Virus record (IMG/VR): IMGVR_UViG_3300027749_002876
Location: 248,001 to 312,000 of that record
Length of the DNA stretch: 64,000 nucleotides
Direction: 5' to 3' (one strand)
Shown here one piece after another: positions 29,373-39,532 of the stretch. The notes under the pieces are model-generated. The model had not been told where the DNA came from. It did not search any database and saw nothing but the letters and a program-made list of their open reading frames with translations. Each line of letters starts with the position of its first letter. Position 1 is the stretch's first letter. Both the position numbers and the translations under genes were made by a program.

Positions 29373-30317
29373 TTAAGTTGATCCGTAACTTGCGGCGGCT
29401 AGATGATACCTAGCAGTACCCACACCGGTTGTATTTGTAGCTACTACACCAGTATTTGATACCAGGTTGGTTATGGATGTGACATTAATCACACTACTAT
29501 ATCCATATCCAAATATAGCTTTATCATTATTATAAGTTGCGGCAGCTAATCCAAGCCTTGCAGTACCAACTCCAGTTGTATCCGTAGCAACAACACCAGT
29601 GTTTGATACTAGATTAGTTACTGCTGTATAACTAACGCCACCATTAAGAAAGCCGTAGCCAAATATGGCTTTATCAGTTCCATAACCTACGGCTGCTAGC
29701 TCACCTCTAGCAGTACCAACACCGGTAACATCATTGGCTACTACACCCGTATTTGATACTAGGTTAGTTAGTGAATAAGTTACGCTAGATTGAGTAGTAC
29801 CATAACCAAATATAGCAGTACCAGTTCCATAAGTTGCGGCTGCCAATCCAACTCTAGCTGTACCAACACCTGTAACATCATTTCCAACAACACCCGTATT
29901 TGATACTAGGTTGGTCATTGAATAAACGCCACCACCACCATAACCAAAAATAGCTTTATCTGTACCATAACCAGTGGCCGCAAGATTATTTCTAACAGTA
30001 CCAACACCAGTTGTATCTGTAGCAACAACACCTGTATTTGACACTAGATTAGTTATTGATACAGTACTTGCTCCAGTATATCCATATCCAAATATAGCTT
30101 TGTCGTTTCCATAGCCTGCGGCTGCTAGATAGTATCTAGCAGTGCCAACACCGGTAGTATCACCTGCAACTACACCTGTATTTGATACTTTGTTAGTCAT
30201 TGATACTGAGGGTGTACCTCCATATCCAAAAATAGCATATGTACTATATGAGGGTGGAGGTAGAGTTACTGAGTAACCACCACTAAATGTTACACCTGAA
30301 AAAACCATATCTGCCAT
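29373..30317 (-). CDS. six-repeat Kelch-like beta-propeller protein, copy 5
   Basis: same architecture; GATAAATA at 30336-30343 and AAGGAG RBS. Confidence 0.8.
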   Translation of the reverse strand: MADMVFSGVTFSGGYSVTLPPPSYSTYAIFGYGGTPSVSMTNKVSNTGVVAGDTTGVGTARYYLAAAGYGNDKAIFGYGYTGASTVSITNLVSNTGVVATDTTGVGTVRNNLAATGYGTDKAIFGYGGGGVYSMTNLVSNTGVVGNDVTGVGTARVGLAAATYGTGTAIFGYGTTQSSVTYSLTNLVSNTGVVANDVTGVGTARGELAAVGYGTDKAIFGYGFLNGGVSYTAVTNLVSNTGVVATDTTGVGTARLGLAAATYNNDKAIFGYGYSSVINVTSITNLVSNTGVVATNTTGVGTARYHLAAASYGST

Positions 30318-30352
30318 AATATATCTCCTTTAATGTATTTATCAGAAAAGAA

Positions 30353-30375
30353 AAAAGGCTCAAAAAGAGCCTTTT
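30353..30375 (-). terminator. intrinsic terminator, AGGCTC/GAGCCT family
   Basis: identical hairpin to 27321-27342. Confidence 0.75.
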
Positions 30376-30392
30376 ATAGTAGCATATATTGA

Positions 30393-31292
30393 TTACGCTA
30401 CGAATGGAGTGTATTCAATACCAGTTGTTGCTAGTCCAACTAAACCAATAGTTGTTTCAAAACTAGCTAATTCACTAGCAATAACTAATACATCAGCTTG
30501 ACTATACTTGTTAGTAGTCATCCAGTTTGTCAATGCAGTTACATCAGCTAATGTAGCAGTTGTACCCATTACATTTTTGTAAACGTGCTTGATAAATGTC
30601 TCATCGCTAACACCACCGGCATCAGTTTTGTAAGTGTCAGTAGCTAATAATGCTGTAGCTAACTGTTTGTTTGTCCAACCTGAATCAGCTAAATAGATAC
30701 CAATACCTTCATAAGCTTTGGTAACATCAGCAACTCCTAATGCGGCAGCTAGTAATGCGTATACATCACCTGCACGACCTGTAGCATCATAAGCAATAGC
30801 TTTGTCTGTGAACACAACACGTTCGTGGTCAGCAAGTTTGATTTCTAAATTACTAACTAATGTGCTGGCTAATGTTACCGCACTTGTAGTTTTAGTTGTA
30901 GTGAACTCTGTACTTGCACCGCCTGCTACATAAGTGTCAATACCAGTTGTACCAGTAACATCAACTACTACATCAACTGTGCCATCGCCAACACGACCTG
31001 TACCTACTACACCAAATGTAGCAATCTTACCTAATGTACCAACAGTAGCAACTGTAACGATTAAGTTGTTAGCAACTGTACCGCCTAATGCTGTACCAGC
31101 AAGAGTGATGGTATCACCAGCTAAGTAGCCGTGACCTGCACTTGCGGCTAATGAATCTAATACAACGGAATATACTCCGTTAGTTTTTGTAACATCAAAT
31201 GCGGCTTCAACACCTGCGCCACCTGTTAATCCAGTGATGTTTTGATAGGTAGTGTTTACCGGTTTGTCTTTGATTGTAATTGTAGTTGTCAT
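30393..31292 (-). CDS. S-layer-like protein with DUF4214-like C-terminal domain
   Basis: Start moved to MTTTITIK (AAGGAA RBS); ERVVFTDKAIAYD and SDETFIKHVYKNVMG resemble DUF4214 proteins; TTGACA-18-TATACT at 31325-31354. Confidence 0.6.
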   Translation of the reverse strand: MTTTITIKDKPVNTTYQNITGLTGGAGVEAAFDVTKTNGVYSVVLDSLAASAGHGYLAGDTITLAGTALGGTVANNLIVTVATVGTLGKIATFGVVGTGRVGDGTVDVVVDVTGTTGIDTYVAGGASTEFTTTKTTSAVTLASTLVSNLEIKLADHERVVFTDKAIAYDATGRAGDVYALLAAALGVADVTKAYEGIGIYLADSGWTNKQLATALLATDTYKTDAGGVSDETFIKHVYKNVMGTTATLADVTALTNWMTTNKYSQADVLVIASELASFETTIGLVGLATTGIEYTPFVA

Positions 31293-31384
31293 AAATTTCC
31301 TTTTTATATAAAAATAACTCAATAAGTATATAGCGTTTCTACTAGTACTGTCAATACTAATATTTTACGTAGGTGTGATTAGGA

Positions 31385-32065
31385 TCACATGTTGGCATGA
31401 AATATAGCTACTTTAACCAAACTATCTATGCTATTGACTAAAGGAATACTGTTTTGTTCTGTTTCTTTAACCGCTAGTGGTAATTCTGTACAACCTAGTA
31501 CTACTGCACTTGCCCCACGAACAATCAAACTATCTACCACCGGCATCAACATATTATGTGAGTTAACCATATCTCCTGCCTTAATTAAATCTATAGCAGG
31601 TTGTACTATGTTATTCATTTCTTCTATACTAGGAACAATACAATCCCAATCAGTTAAACGATTTTGATATAAGCCTAATTCAATTGTAGCTTGTGTTCCC
31701 ATTATACCTATTGTACCAGTAACATTTATATCACGTAATGAATTAGCTACACTATCTACAATGTGTAAAATAGGAACTTTAAATTTAACTAATTCATCAT
31801 ACCAGTAATGCGCTGTATTGCAAGGTATGACAATTATAGTACATCCAAGTGATTTCAATACTTGTATACCTTGTAGTAAGTATGGTAGTGGTCTGTCATC
31901 ACCATTACGTATACTTGTACTACGATCAGGTGTACGTGGTTCATTCCATAACACGAATGGAATATGTTCTTGGTCACAACTTGCAGGTGTTTGTTGTATA
32001 AGTCTGTTTATAAATTCAGCACTGGCTGCTGGACCCATTCCACCTAGTATACCTAAACGTTTCAT
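31385..32065 (-). CDS. aspartate/glutamate racemase family protein
   Basis: GILGGMGPAAS, both catalytic cysteines PCNTAH and GCTELP. Confidence 0.92.
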   Translation of the reverse strand: MKRLGILGGMGPAASAEFINRLIQQTPASCDQEHIPFVLWNEPRTPDRSTSIRNGDDRPLPYLLQGIQVLKSLGCTIIVIPCNTAHYWYDELVKFKVPILHIVDSVANSLRDINVTGTIGIMGTQATIELGLYQNRLTDWDCIVPSIEEMNNIVQPAIDLIKAGDMVNSHNMLMPVVDSLIVRGASAVVLGCTELPLAVKETEQNSIPLVNSIDSLVKVAIFHANM

Positions 32066-32670
32066 TTTTTATTAAACAATAAACTAGAAGCGATTATCAT
32101 CGCTGTTTGTGCGGCTTCTACATCTGTGGGCTGTTCTTTCCAACCTACACTAATCTGTCCAATGAACACGCCGGGTTCAGCTGGTACGCTAATACGACAC
32201 ATATAGTTTACACCGTATTCTTTGTATACAAAGCCAATAAGACTTTGTGGTTTTGAATATGGACTACAAGGAATCTTACCTGACATTAAACCAATGACAT
32301 CATTGTTGTTGTCATAGTTTTTACTAAATAATCCAACTTCTAACCCGTCATTTCTTTTATCTCTACCACCATTGCGTGTAGCTAAGTAAACAACTTTTCG
32401 TGTGTTAATTAATGTGTTGACTTCAAGAAAGGCAACCATTTCTACTTCAGTATTTTTTAATAAGAAATTGTATGCCTCATCATACTTACCGTTCATTTTA
32501 GGTAATGCTTGCTGGGCACGATAACTTGCTAAAAAGGCATCTTTTTCCGTATAAACTATCCAACCACCAAAGCCTAGTATACAGAGAAACACAACGGTAA
32601 ATAGGCGAAATGGACTTTCGCCTATATAGGTTAATAAACTAAAGAGAAAATCTTTAAGTTTGTCCACCAA
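32062..32670 (-). CDS. single-TM protein resembling T4 holin T (periplasmic GAF-like domain)
   Basis: 202 aa; amphipathic N-terminus, one TM, WIVYTEKDAFLASYR and GVNYMCRI..GVFIGQISVGWK resemble T4 gpT segments as recalled. Confidence 0.55.
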   Translation of the reverse strand: MVDKLKDFLFSLLTYIGESPFRLFTVVFLCILGFGGWIVYTEKDAFLASYRAQQALPKMNGKYDEAYNFLLKNTEVEMVAFLEVNTLINTRKVVYLATRNGGRDKRNDGLEVGLFSKNYDNNNDVIGLMSGKIPCSPYSKPQSLIGFVYKEYGVNYMCRISVPAEPGVFIGQISVGWKEQPTDVEAAQTAMIIASSLLFNKK

Positions 32671-33928
32671 TAGCTACCTCTTTGTCACAGACAAAAGCTG
32701 TTACTGCTACGTTACCATGTACGTGACTTGCTGTGCGGATCATATCCATTAATGGATCAACCGCAATTAGTAATACTAATACAGCCTCACTTGGTAGTTT
32801 TAGTAAGTCACAAACAACTGCTACTGTAGCAACTGTAAGAATACCAGTTGTTCCTGCACTTGCTAATCCAGCTAAGATACTACCAAATAACACAACTAAT
32901 AAACCAGTTACTCCCATAGGTGCACCGTAGATGTTGGCAATAAACACTGTAGCAATTGCGTAGTATACAATACTACCAATACGGTTAACTGTGAAACTTA
33001 GTGGTACGGTTAGTTCTACACCAGTTCTATCAAAATGTAATTTGTGTAGTGATTCTTGTGCATAGGGTATACATGCTAGACTACTACGTGAACTAACAGC
33101 AACAATCAATGTTTCTTTAGTCTCACGAATAACAGTCATTAGGCTCAATCCTGAACGTTGCCAAATAACAATAGTGCCAGCAATAACAACAAGTAATCCA
33201 CCAATGGCCTGTTGCATGATAAACTCAACCATGGTTAAGAAAATACCAACTCCAACCTTACCAACTTGGCTACTAATCATTGCCAATAATGCAAACGGTA
33301 GAAAGTAGTTTAAGAATTTAAAAATACTGATACTAGCCTGTTGTACGCTCTTTAGTATATCCACTAGCATTTCTTGACCAGTCGTTTTTAAGTTACCTAA
33401 TGCAATACCAAAGATTAAACAGAAGATAACAATCTTTAAGCTTTCGCCGGCGGCTAGTGTATTAAAAATATTTTCTGGAATAAACTTCTGTGCCATCTGC
33501 ATTGGGTCAACGTGTGGTGCAACAGGCATTGGTTCTTTTAGAGTAATGTTGAGATCGCTTCCAGATTCTTTATCGTTAACAATTGCACCAAGTTGTGCTT
33601 GTTTTGCAGGAGTCATTTCGCTGCCGGTCAATGCAACAGTACCAACACCAATTACTGCAGCCAAGAACATACTACCAACAAAACCAATGATAATTTTGCG
33701 TATCATTGCGGCACTGCCTTCTTTTTGTAGTAAACTGATAACACCAACCAAAATAGTTGCAAGTAAGAAAGGTATTACCACAACTTTAAGCAAGCTGATG
33801 TAAATTCCACCAACACTTTCAAAATTCATACTTTGTGCAGGTGCATATACTCCTGCCAATACTCCAAGTATAATTGAACTTAAAATAGTCCACGGACTAG
33901 ATAAGAAGTTTTTTAAATTAAATTTCAT
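32654..33928 (-). CDS. dicarboxylate/amino acid:cation symporter (DAACS family)
   Basis: multiple TM helices, YISLLKVVVIP, IPENIF, SSRSSLACIP, AVDPLMDMIRT. Confidence 0.92.
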   Translation of the reverse strand: MKFNLKNFLSSPWTILSSIILGVLAGVYAPAQSMNFESVGGIYISLLKVVVIPFLLATILVGVISLLQKEGSAAMIRKIIIGFVGSMFLAAVIGVGTVALTGSEMTPAKQAQLGAIVNDKESGSDLNITLKEPMPVAPHVDPMQMAQKFIPENIFNTLAAGESLKIVIFCLIFGIALGNLKTTGQEMLVDILKSVQQASISIFKFLNYFLPFALLAMISSQVGKVGVGIFLTMVEFIMQQAIGGLLVVIAGTIVIWQRSGLSLMTVIRETKETLIVAVSSRSSLACIPYAQESLHKLHFDRTGVELTVPLSFTVNRIGSIVYYAIATVFIANIYGAPMGVTGLLVVLFGSILAGLASAGTTGILTVATVAVVCDLLKLPSEAVLVLLIAVDPLMDMIRTASHVHGNVAVTAFVCDKEVAIGGQT

Positions 33929-33940
33929 TTTATTTCCTAA

Positions 33941-34759
33941 TTATTTCTTTTCAGCTTTGTATCGTTCCATTAACTTTTTAGTGTCAATGTTGTTGTATTC
34001 ATTTTTAATAACGTAATTAATAATGCTTAACAATTGCAGTGATTTAGGATTTACTGCGATAGCAATATTATCAACACTGTCACTGATTGTGATACTCTTT
34101 GTGCTAATTGCGGCTTCTGGTTTTTCAAAAGCGATTTTCTTAATCTCAAATTCATCACGATAAGCGGCTGCGATATCACCACGTGTAACTTTGTCAATAA
34201 TCACATCCCATTTATCTTCCGGGAGAAATACAGCATTAGGGAAATTAGTACGTGCAAATGTGTCATAGCTTGAGTTGCGAATGAAACTTATTTTACCATT
34301 GAAATTTCTAATCACTTGATATACTTCACGACCCTGACTGTTTTGGCTTAACCATAAACGATTGATAACTAAACTTTGTCTAAGTTTAATATAAGGATCA
34401 CTGAATCTAACTACTTGTAGTCTGGGCCCAGTTACAGATAATTTACTAACTGCAACGTCGGCACGACCATCTCTTACTTGCTCAACGACTTCGGCAAAAC
34501 TTTCTGCATCTCGTCTAAACTGTACTGGAACTCCAAGCATTACGCCAATTCTCCGTGCAATTTCAACGTCAAGACCATGTATATCATCCTCGCCCCCACT
34601 GAAGAAGGGAGGGTTATCTTTTTTGGTCATTGCCACAATAAGAACGTTTGCTTTCTTAATTGCGGCAATATCATTGGGTAGTGGTACGGTACTAGTTGGT
34701 AATTGTGCGTGGACAACTGAACTAAACAATACACATAATAATAGTAGTAGTTTTTTCAT
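33941..34759 (-). CDS. periplasmic amino-acid substrate-binding protein (family 3)
   Basis: signal peptide, DNPPFF, GLDVEIARRIG, GRADVAVSKLSVTGPR, FSDPY; ATAAATA 7 nt upstream. Confidence 0.9.
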   Translation of the reverse strand: MKKLLLLLCVLFSSVVHAQLPTSTVPLPNDIAAIKKANVLIVAMTKKDNPPFFSGGEDDIHGLDVEIARRIGVMLGVPVQFRRDAESFAEVVEQVRDGRADVAVSKLSVTGPRLQVVRFSDPYIKLRQSLVINRLWLSQNSQGREVYQVIRNFNGKISFIRNSSYDTFARTNFPNAVFLPEDKWDVIIDKVTRGDIAAAYRDEFEIKKIAFEKPEAAISTKSITISDSVDNIAIAVNPKSLQLLSIINYVIKNEYNNIDTKKLMERYKAEKK

Positions 34760-34801
34760 AGTGTTGTATTTATGCTATGAAAATACTAACTTAGCTAAAA
34801 T

Positions 34802-35422
34802 CTACTTATTTGCTAACGGATTGTCCATAGCTTTTTGTATTTTGTTATCAACTTCTCTTTTTAGTGTCTCTACTTCACGGTTAATTTCTCTACGTGCCGC
34901 AGTAAATTCACTGTTAATTTCTTTACGGGTTGATTCCATATCCTTGCGAATTGTGTTAGCTTCGTTTCTAGCTCTTTCTAAGTCTTCACGAACGGCCTTA
35001 CGCATATCACGCATTTCGCTTTCAGTTTCACGCTGTGCGTTCTTAACACTACGTTCTACTTGTTCTGTGACAGTTTCATTACGGCGAATATCATTCTTTA
35101 AGTCAGTTTTGATATCACGGGTGTAATCAGCACCTTTTTGACTGTTTTCCTCAATGACAGCTAATCGCTTATCAAATCCACTCAAGTCTGGTGCACTGTA
35201 TTCAGCTATCTTTTTCTTCATACCCACATAGTCTTTATACACTTCAAAGGCTCCGTATAATCCACCTAGCGTAGATGACACGATTGTGGCTGCTACCATA
35301 AGTTTAGCTGGGGTAAATTCATACCCACCAATACTGATAACAGTATCTTTACTAGCATACTTTTTTGCGGCTGCTTCAAGTTCATCAACTTTTGCGTTTA
35401 CGTCTTTTATTTCTTCTGTCAT
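34802..35422 (-). CDS. membrane-anchored coiled-coil protein
   Basis: hydrophobic segment, long R/E/K heptads, ends DNPLANK. Confidence 0.7.
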   Translation of the reverse strand: MTEEIKDVNAKVDELEAAAKKYASKDTVISIGGYEFTPAKLMVAATIVSSTLGGLYGAFEVYKDYVGMKKKIAEYSAPDLSGFDKRLAVIEENSQKGADYTRDIKTDLKNDIRRNETVTEQVERSVKNAQRETESEMRDMRKAVREDLERARNEANTIRKDMESTRKEINSEFTAARREINREVETLKREVDNKIQKAMDNPLANK

Positions 35423-35437
35423 TTTTTTCTCCTAAGT

Positions 35438-35626
35438 TTAATTCCAGCCCTGTGGCCATTTTGAATTGTTTGTTTTTTGGTCAGCCAACATTCTGATCCA
35501 TTCTTTACGCACAGCAAGATCATGCTTCATACGTTCTAATTGATCTAGTGAGTTATCACTATAAAAGATATAGTAAAATGGAATACCAAATCCAAAACCC
35601 AACATAAAATAAGCAATGTAGTCCAT
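35438..35626 (-). CDS. small membrane protein
   Basis: 62 aa, N-terminal hydrophobic helix. Confidence 0.6.
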   Translation of the reverse strand: MDYIAYFMLGFGFGIPFYYIFYSDNSLDQLERMKHDLAVRKEWIRMLADQKTNNSKWPQGWN

Positions 35627-35627
35627 A

Positions 35628-38099
35628 TTAATTTCCTAACTTATATTGTTGGTTAACCATTTCTTGATGTTTGGTATCACTACCACCAGTCAACCCACGT
35701 AGTAATCTAACATTGTCAACTGTTTGTTGATTCTTATATACTTCTTTTATTTCATAAAATGATGCATCTTTTAAAACAAAAGAATAAGCATTGAATCCAG
35801 TAGGTACACTAGCTATTAATGCAATGTCAATATTACCTGCTAATTCATTTGGCAACACATTTCTATTCACTGAGCTTGTGGGTTGAGTTATATTGTTTTG
35901 CATTAACTCAAATCGTTGTTGCATTATTATTTCTGATAATGGATTACCTGCTTTACCTATTCCACTAAAACTAGACATTTGATACTGATGTGTTTCAACT
36001 TCATATTGTATTGAATCTAATTTAGGTTGATATATTGGTGCTTGCTGTGGTAACATTGACACAGTACCAGAACTAGACAGTACTACAGGATTATAAGCAA
36101 ACAAATTACGGGTAACTACTATACCGGTGCCACTATTAGATTGTTGCTGAGTTTCAACCTCTAGTGTGGTAGGTGGTTTTAATATAACAACTTGTGTTGA
36201 TTGCGTTTCTTGTTGTAGTACTGGAGGGATATACACAAACTGCGGAGTTTGTATTACATTGATAGAATGTGATAATGCTTGTTGTGAATCCTGTTGTTGT
36301 ACTTGAGGACCTGCTCTACTTCCCTGTTGTTGTGTTTGCATACTATTTTGCGTAGTTTGTTGTTGATTAAATTGTGTTGATGATTGTATACTCGTTTGTG
36401 TTGATTGACTAGCAAATGTAGCGGATGTAGTTGCGCTACTAGCACTCATATCTTGGTTCATACTAACTAAAGCGTTACTAGTAGCTTGTGAACTTTGCAT
36501 TGTATTTTCTAATGTTTTTGCGGCATTAGATACTGCGACATTTTGTGTAGCTTTATCTTTATCTTGTGAAGATTTAACGACACTCATTGCTAACTTACTA
36601 GGGCCAGCGCCGCCACCTGATTGTTGTTGATTTGATGATCCGGATGCTTGAGTTTGTGCTGGACCACCTGCAGGTCCGGGTGATCCTGTTGGTGCAGGTT
36701 GTGATGGATCTGATTGTGCCACTGCTGTTTGCTGATTTGAATCTTGTGGTGGACTTGATTGTTGCTGTTGTTGCTGTTGCGATTGTTGTTGAGTTTGTTC
36801 TGGTTGTGTATTACCCTGATTTTGATCTAGTTGTCCAGTATTAGCAGACATTGAGGTTCCACCTGAGGATACAATAGCACCTGAGGCACTAGCAACTGTT
36901 GATCCTAATAACATATTCTTAGCAAACGCAACAGCATATCCAGAACACGATGCATTATACAATGGATTAGATACACACGGATCTGCTGTATAGACTAAAC
37001 TTGCTGAAAAATTACCTACAGATGATCCTGTACCTGAAGTGTTGCCAGTAAGGCTTACTCTGCCTAACGATATTTGATTCAAACTAGTTGGCAACAAATA
37101 CTGTCCACTTACTGATCCACTAGTTCCATCACCGGATAATGTATTACTTTTTGAATATATTGTTTGATTATTACTATTAGTAAGTCGTGCCGTAGCACTT
37201 ACTTGGGCTGGAATATTCATATACCAACTACAAGAACCATCTTGGTTAGTAGCTGTACAACCGTACCAACTTTGTCCTACATTGTAATCAAAACCATAAT
37301 TAAAGCCGTGTACAGTAGCACCAATACCGCCGTTCTTTAATGCTGTATTGATAGCAAATGATTGATTTACAGCACTACCCCATACATTACTATTGAAAAG
37401 ATTGTCACCGGTCGCAACTGTACTAAACTTAGGACAAGTTGTACTATAAGCAGGATTGAGGGCACATGGATCAACACGATATTTTAAACTGAAGCTGACA
37501 TTATAAATTTCAGGACCATAGTTTCCAGCCCAGAAGTTTGTATCTCTACCTACAAATCCTACTTGTGCGTTAGTATAATTTGATGCGGCAACTGGGTTAG
37601 CAAATGTTTCACTGAAGTTAAAGTTAGTCCAGTTATATTTTCTATTGGTTTGGTTTGTATAATCATAGTTAGCCATTAGACCCGAACTGCCATATAACTT
37701 AACATAAGCGGCTAGGTAATCTTGTTGGCCGTTATCCCACCCATTGCCGTTCTTGGCTGTAAACCCAAAGTTGAATCCACTAAGTTGTACACCATTACCG
37801 CCGGCAGCCAATGCTTTGTTTATGTTAACCACTTGATTTAAATCTACTTGGCCATAAGAATAGTTAATATATCCTCCGGGTCTAACACTGGGGTTTGGCC
37901 CGCAATTGCCTGCACCACCGGCACCAAAACATACTTGATTAACATAGACGCCATTATTCCAAGTGCTGGTTGTATCCGTAGCAGAATTACCGTAATTTAT
38001 TAAATTACCGGTAGTACTATCTACTTGACTATTACTTGAAAGCGTTATGAATGAGAACGCCAAGCAAAGCGCCAAAGCCAACTTTCTTGTAAGTGTCAT
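35628..38099 (-). CDS. large secreted protein, two beta-rich domains plus Q/S/T-rich region
   Basis: signal-like N-terminus; two DPC..NP.Y...C motifs; poly-Q tracts. Confidence 0.7.
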   Translation of the reverse strand: MTLTRKLALALCLAFSFITLSSNSQVDSTTGNLINYGNSATDTTSTWNNGVYVNQVCFGAGGAGNCGPNPSVRPGGYINYSYGQVDLNQVVNINKALAAGGNGVQLSGFNFGFTAKNGNGWDNGQQDYLAAYVKLYGSSGLMANYDYTNQTNRKYNWTNFNFSETFANPVAASNYTNAQVGFVGRDTNFWAGNYGPEIYNVSFSLKYRVDPCALNPAYSTTCPKFSTVATGDNLFNSNVWGSAVNQSFAINTALKNGGIGATVHGFNYGFDYNVGQSWYGCTATNQDGSCSWYMNIPAQVSATARLTNSNNQTIYSKSNTLSGDGTSGSVSGQYLLPTSLNQISLGRVSLTGNTSGTGSSVGNFSASLVYTADPCVSNPLYNASCSGYAVAFAKNMLLGSTVASASGAIVSSGGTSMSANTGQLDQNQGNTQPEQTQQQSQQQQQQQSSPPQDSNQQTAVAQSDPSQPAPTGSPGPAGGPAQTQASGSSNQQQSGGGAGPSKLAMSVVKSSQDKDKATQNVAVSNAAKTLENTMQSSQATSNALVSMNQDMSASSATTSATFASQSTQTSIQSSTQFNQQQTTQNSMQTQQQGSRAGPQVQQQDSQQALSHSINVIQTPQFVYIPPVLQQETQSTQVVILKPPTTLEVETQQQSNSGTGIVVTRNLFAYNPVVLSSSGTVSMLPQQAPIYQPKLDSIQYEVETHQYQMSSFSGIGKAGNPLSEIIMQQRFELMQNNITQPTSSVNRNVLPNELAGNIDIALIASVPTGFNAYSFVLKDASFYEIKEVYKNQQTVDNVRLLRGLTGGSDTKHQEMVNQQYKLGN

Positions 38100-39423
38100 C
38101 TATTTCTTCCTTTTGAAGTTTTGGTAACTTATCTGGATTTGCTTCCCAAGCTGCCTTAGCTTGTTCACCGATCTTACCTTCGTATGGGCAAGGGGTACCT
38201 GCAGCCAACATAGCATCAAATACTCTTCGGTCTTGACACATGGTAGCAACAGCGGCTACTTTCATACCCATGTCATATAGTGTTTTAGATAACTTTAATC
38301 GTTCACAATTTAAATCACGACTAGTACTACCTGCACCAACACCAAATATTTGTGTTTGAATACTACCACTTGTACCAGTACTACATAAATCAGCATTACC
38401 ACCACTCATCATTGCTGGAGCCACCGCAGTTGGTGGAGGTTGAATAACTTTCTGTGTGACCACACTTTCGTTTTTATTAATATTAGTCACTTCACCGCTG
38501 TTAATGTTTTGATTGACATTAGCATTTTGATTAACATTAGTGCTTGTACTAGTATTGTTGTTGTTATTTGTCATAGTACCGTTGTTGGTATTTTGATTAA
38601 TGTTAGTCATTGTACCACTATTGATGTTAGTGTTTGTGTTACTTGTTGTAGCCGTAGTGTTATTGATATTACGGTTAGTCATATCACCGGTATTAACATT
38701 GTTATTAGTATTTGTACTTGTGCTAGTGTTAACATTGTTGTTATTGTTAGTCATTGTACCATATTGATAATTTGTGTTAGTACTTGTGCTAACGTTATTG
38801 TTGTTATTAGTATTAGTGCTTGTGCTAACATTATTGTTATTGTAAGTCATTGTACCACTATTAATATTGTTATTTGTATTAACTGATGTACTTGCTGATG
38901 TACTGTTATTATTATTGTTAAACGTTTGAGTTCCGCTGTTTACATTATTGTTAGTATTAACATTGGTGCTCGAACTAGTGCTGGTATTAACATTGTTATT
39001 GTTGTTGGTCATAGTACCAGTATTAACGTTGTTATTGTTAAACGTTTGTGTTCCACTGTTGACGTTGTTATTATTGTTTGTATAGGTAACACTACCACTC
39101 ATAACGTTGTTATTGTTATTGTTGTTGGTCATTGTGCCACTGTTAACATTGTTATTGTTGTTGGTGTTAGTTGTGCCACCTGTTAAGTTGGTATTATTGT
39201 TATTAGTAATAGTTCCGCTGTTAACATTGTTAGTGTTAACTGTACTTACACTATTACTGGTACTGTTAGTATCAACCAAAGATTTACTATCATAAGTACC
39301 CTGATTAATAACCGTACTTGTTCCGGTAGTTGTTCCACCAGTAGAACCTGATGTAGTAGTAGTTTGTGCTTGCGTAGTGAATGCCATACCCAGCATGGCA
39401 ACTATAGCGAGAATCTTTTTCAT
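38032..39423 (-). CDS. secreted Asn/Thr-rich repeat protein with Cys-containing C-terminal domain
   Basis: signal peptide MKKILAIVAMLGMAFTTQA; repeated NNNNVNSGTMT; four Cys in C-terminal domain; hydrophobic tail. Confidence 0.75.
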   Translation of the reverse strand: MKKILAIVAMLGMAFTTQAQTTTTSGSTGGTTTGTSTVINQGTYDSKSLVDTNSTSNSVSTVNTNNVNSGTITNNNNTNLTGGTTNTNNNNNVNSGTMTNNNNNNNVMSGSVTYTNNNNNVNSGTQTFNNNNVNTGTMTNNNNNVNTSTSSSTNVNTNNNVNSGTQTFNNNNNSTSASTSVNTNNNINSGTMTYNNNNVSTSTNTNNNNNVSTSTNTNYQYGTMTNNNNNVNTSTSTNTNNNVNTGDMTNRNINNTTATTSNTNTNINSGTMTNINQNTNNGTMTNNNNNTSTSTNVNQNANVNQNINSGEVTNINKNESVVTQKVIQPPPTAVAPAMMSGGNADLCSTGTSGSIQTQIFGVGAGSTSRDLNCERLKLSKTLYDMGMKVAAVATMCQDRRVFDAMLAAGTPCPYEGKIGEQAKAAWEANPDKLPKLQKEEIDDTYKKVGFGALLGVLIHNAFK

Positions 39424-39494
39424 TTTTATTATCATCCTCTAGAGATAATATTTATTTGTTTTTTAGTTGAGAAATATCAAGCTTTATTAAATAG

Positions 39495-39515
39495 GAAAGG
39501 CTCTTAGAGCCTTTC
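39495..39515 (-). terminator. intrinsic terminator, AGGCTC/GAGCCT family
   Basis: GAAAGGCTC-TTA-GAGCCTTTC hairpin. Confidence 0.7.
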
Positions 39516-39532
39516 GTTTTGACTTTGATAAA

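Noticed and set aside
21735-30317. CRISPR-like repeat/spacer appearance of the DNA
   Set aside because: Repeats are in-frame coding units with synonymous third-position variation; no cas genes or fixed-length identical repeats
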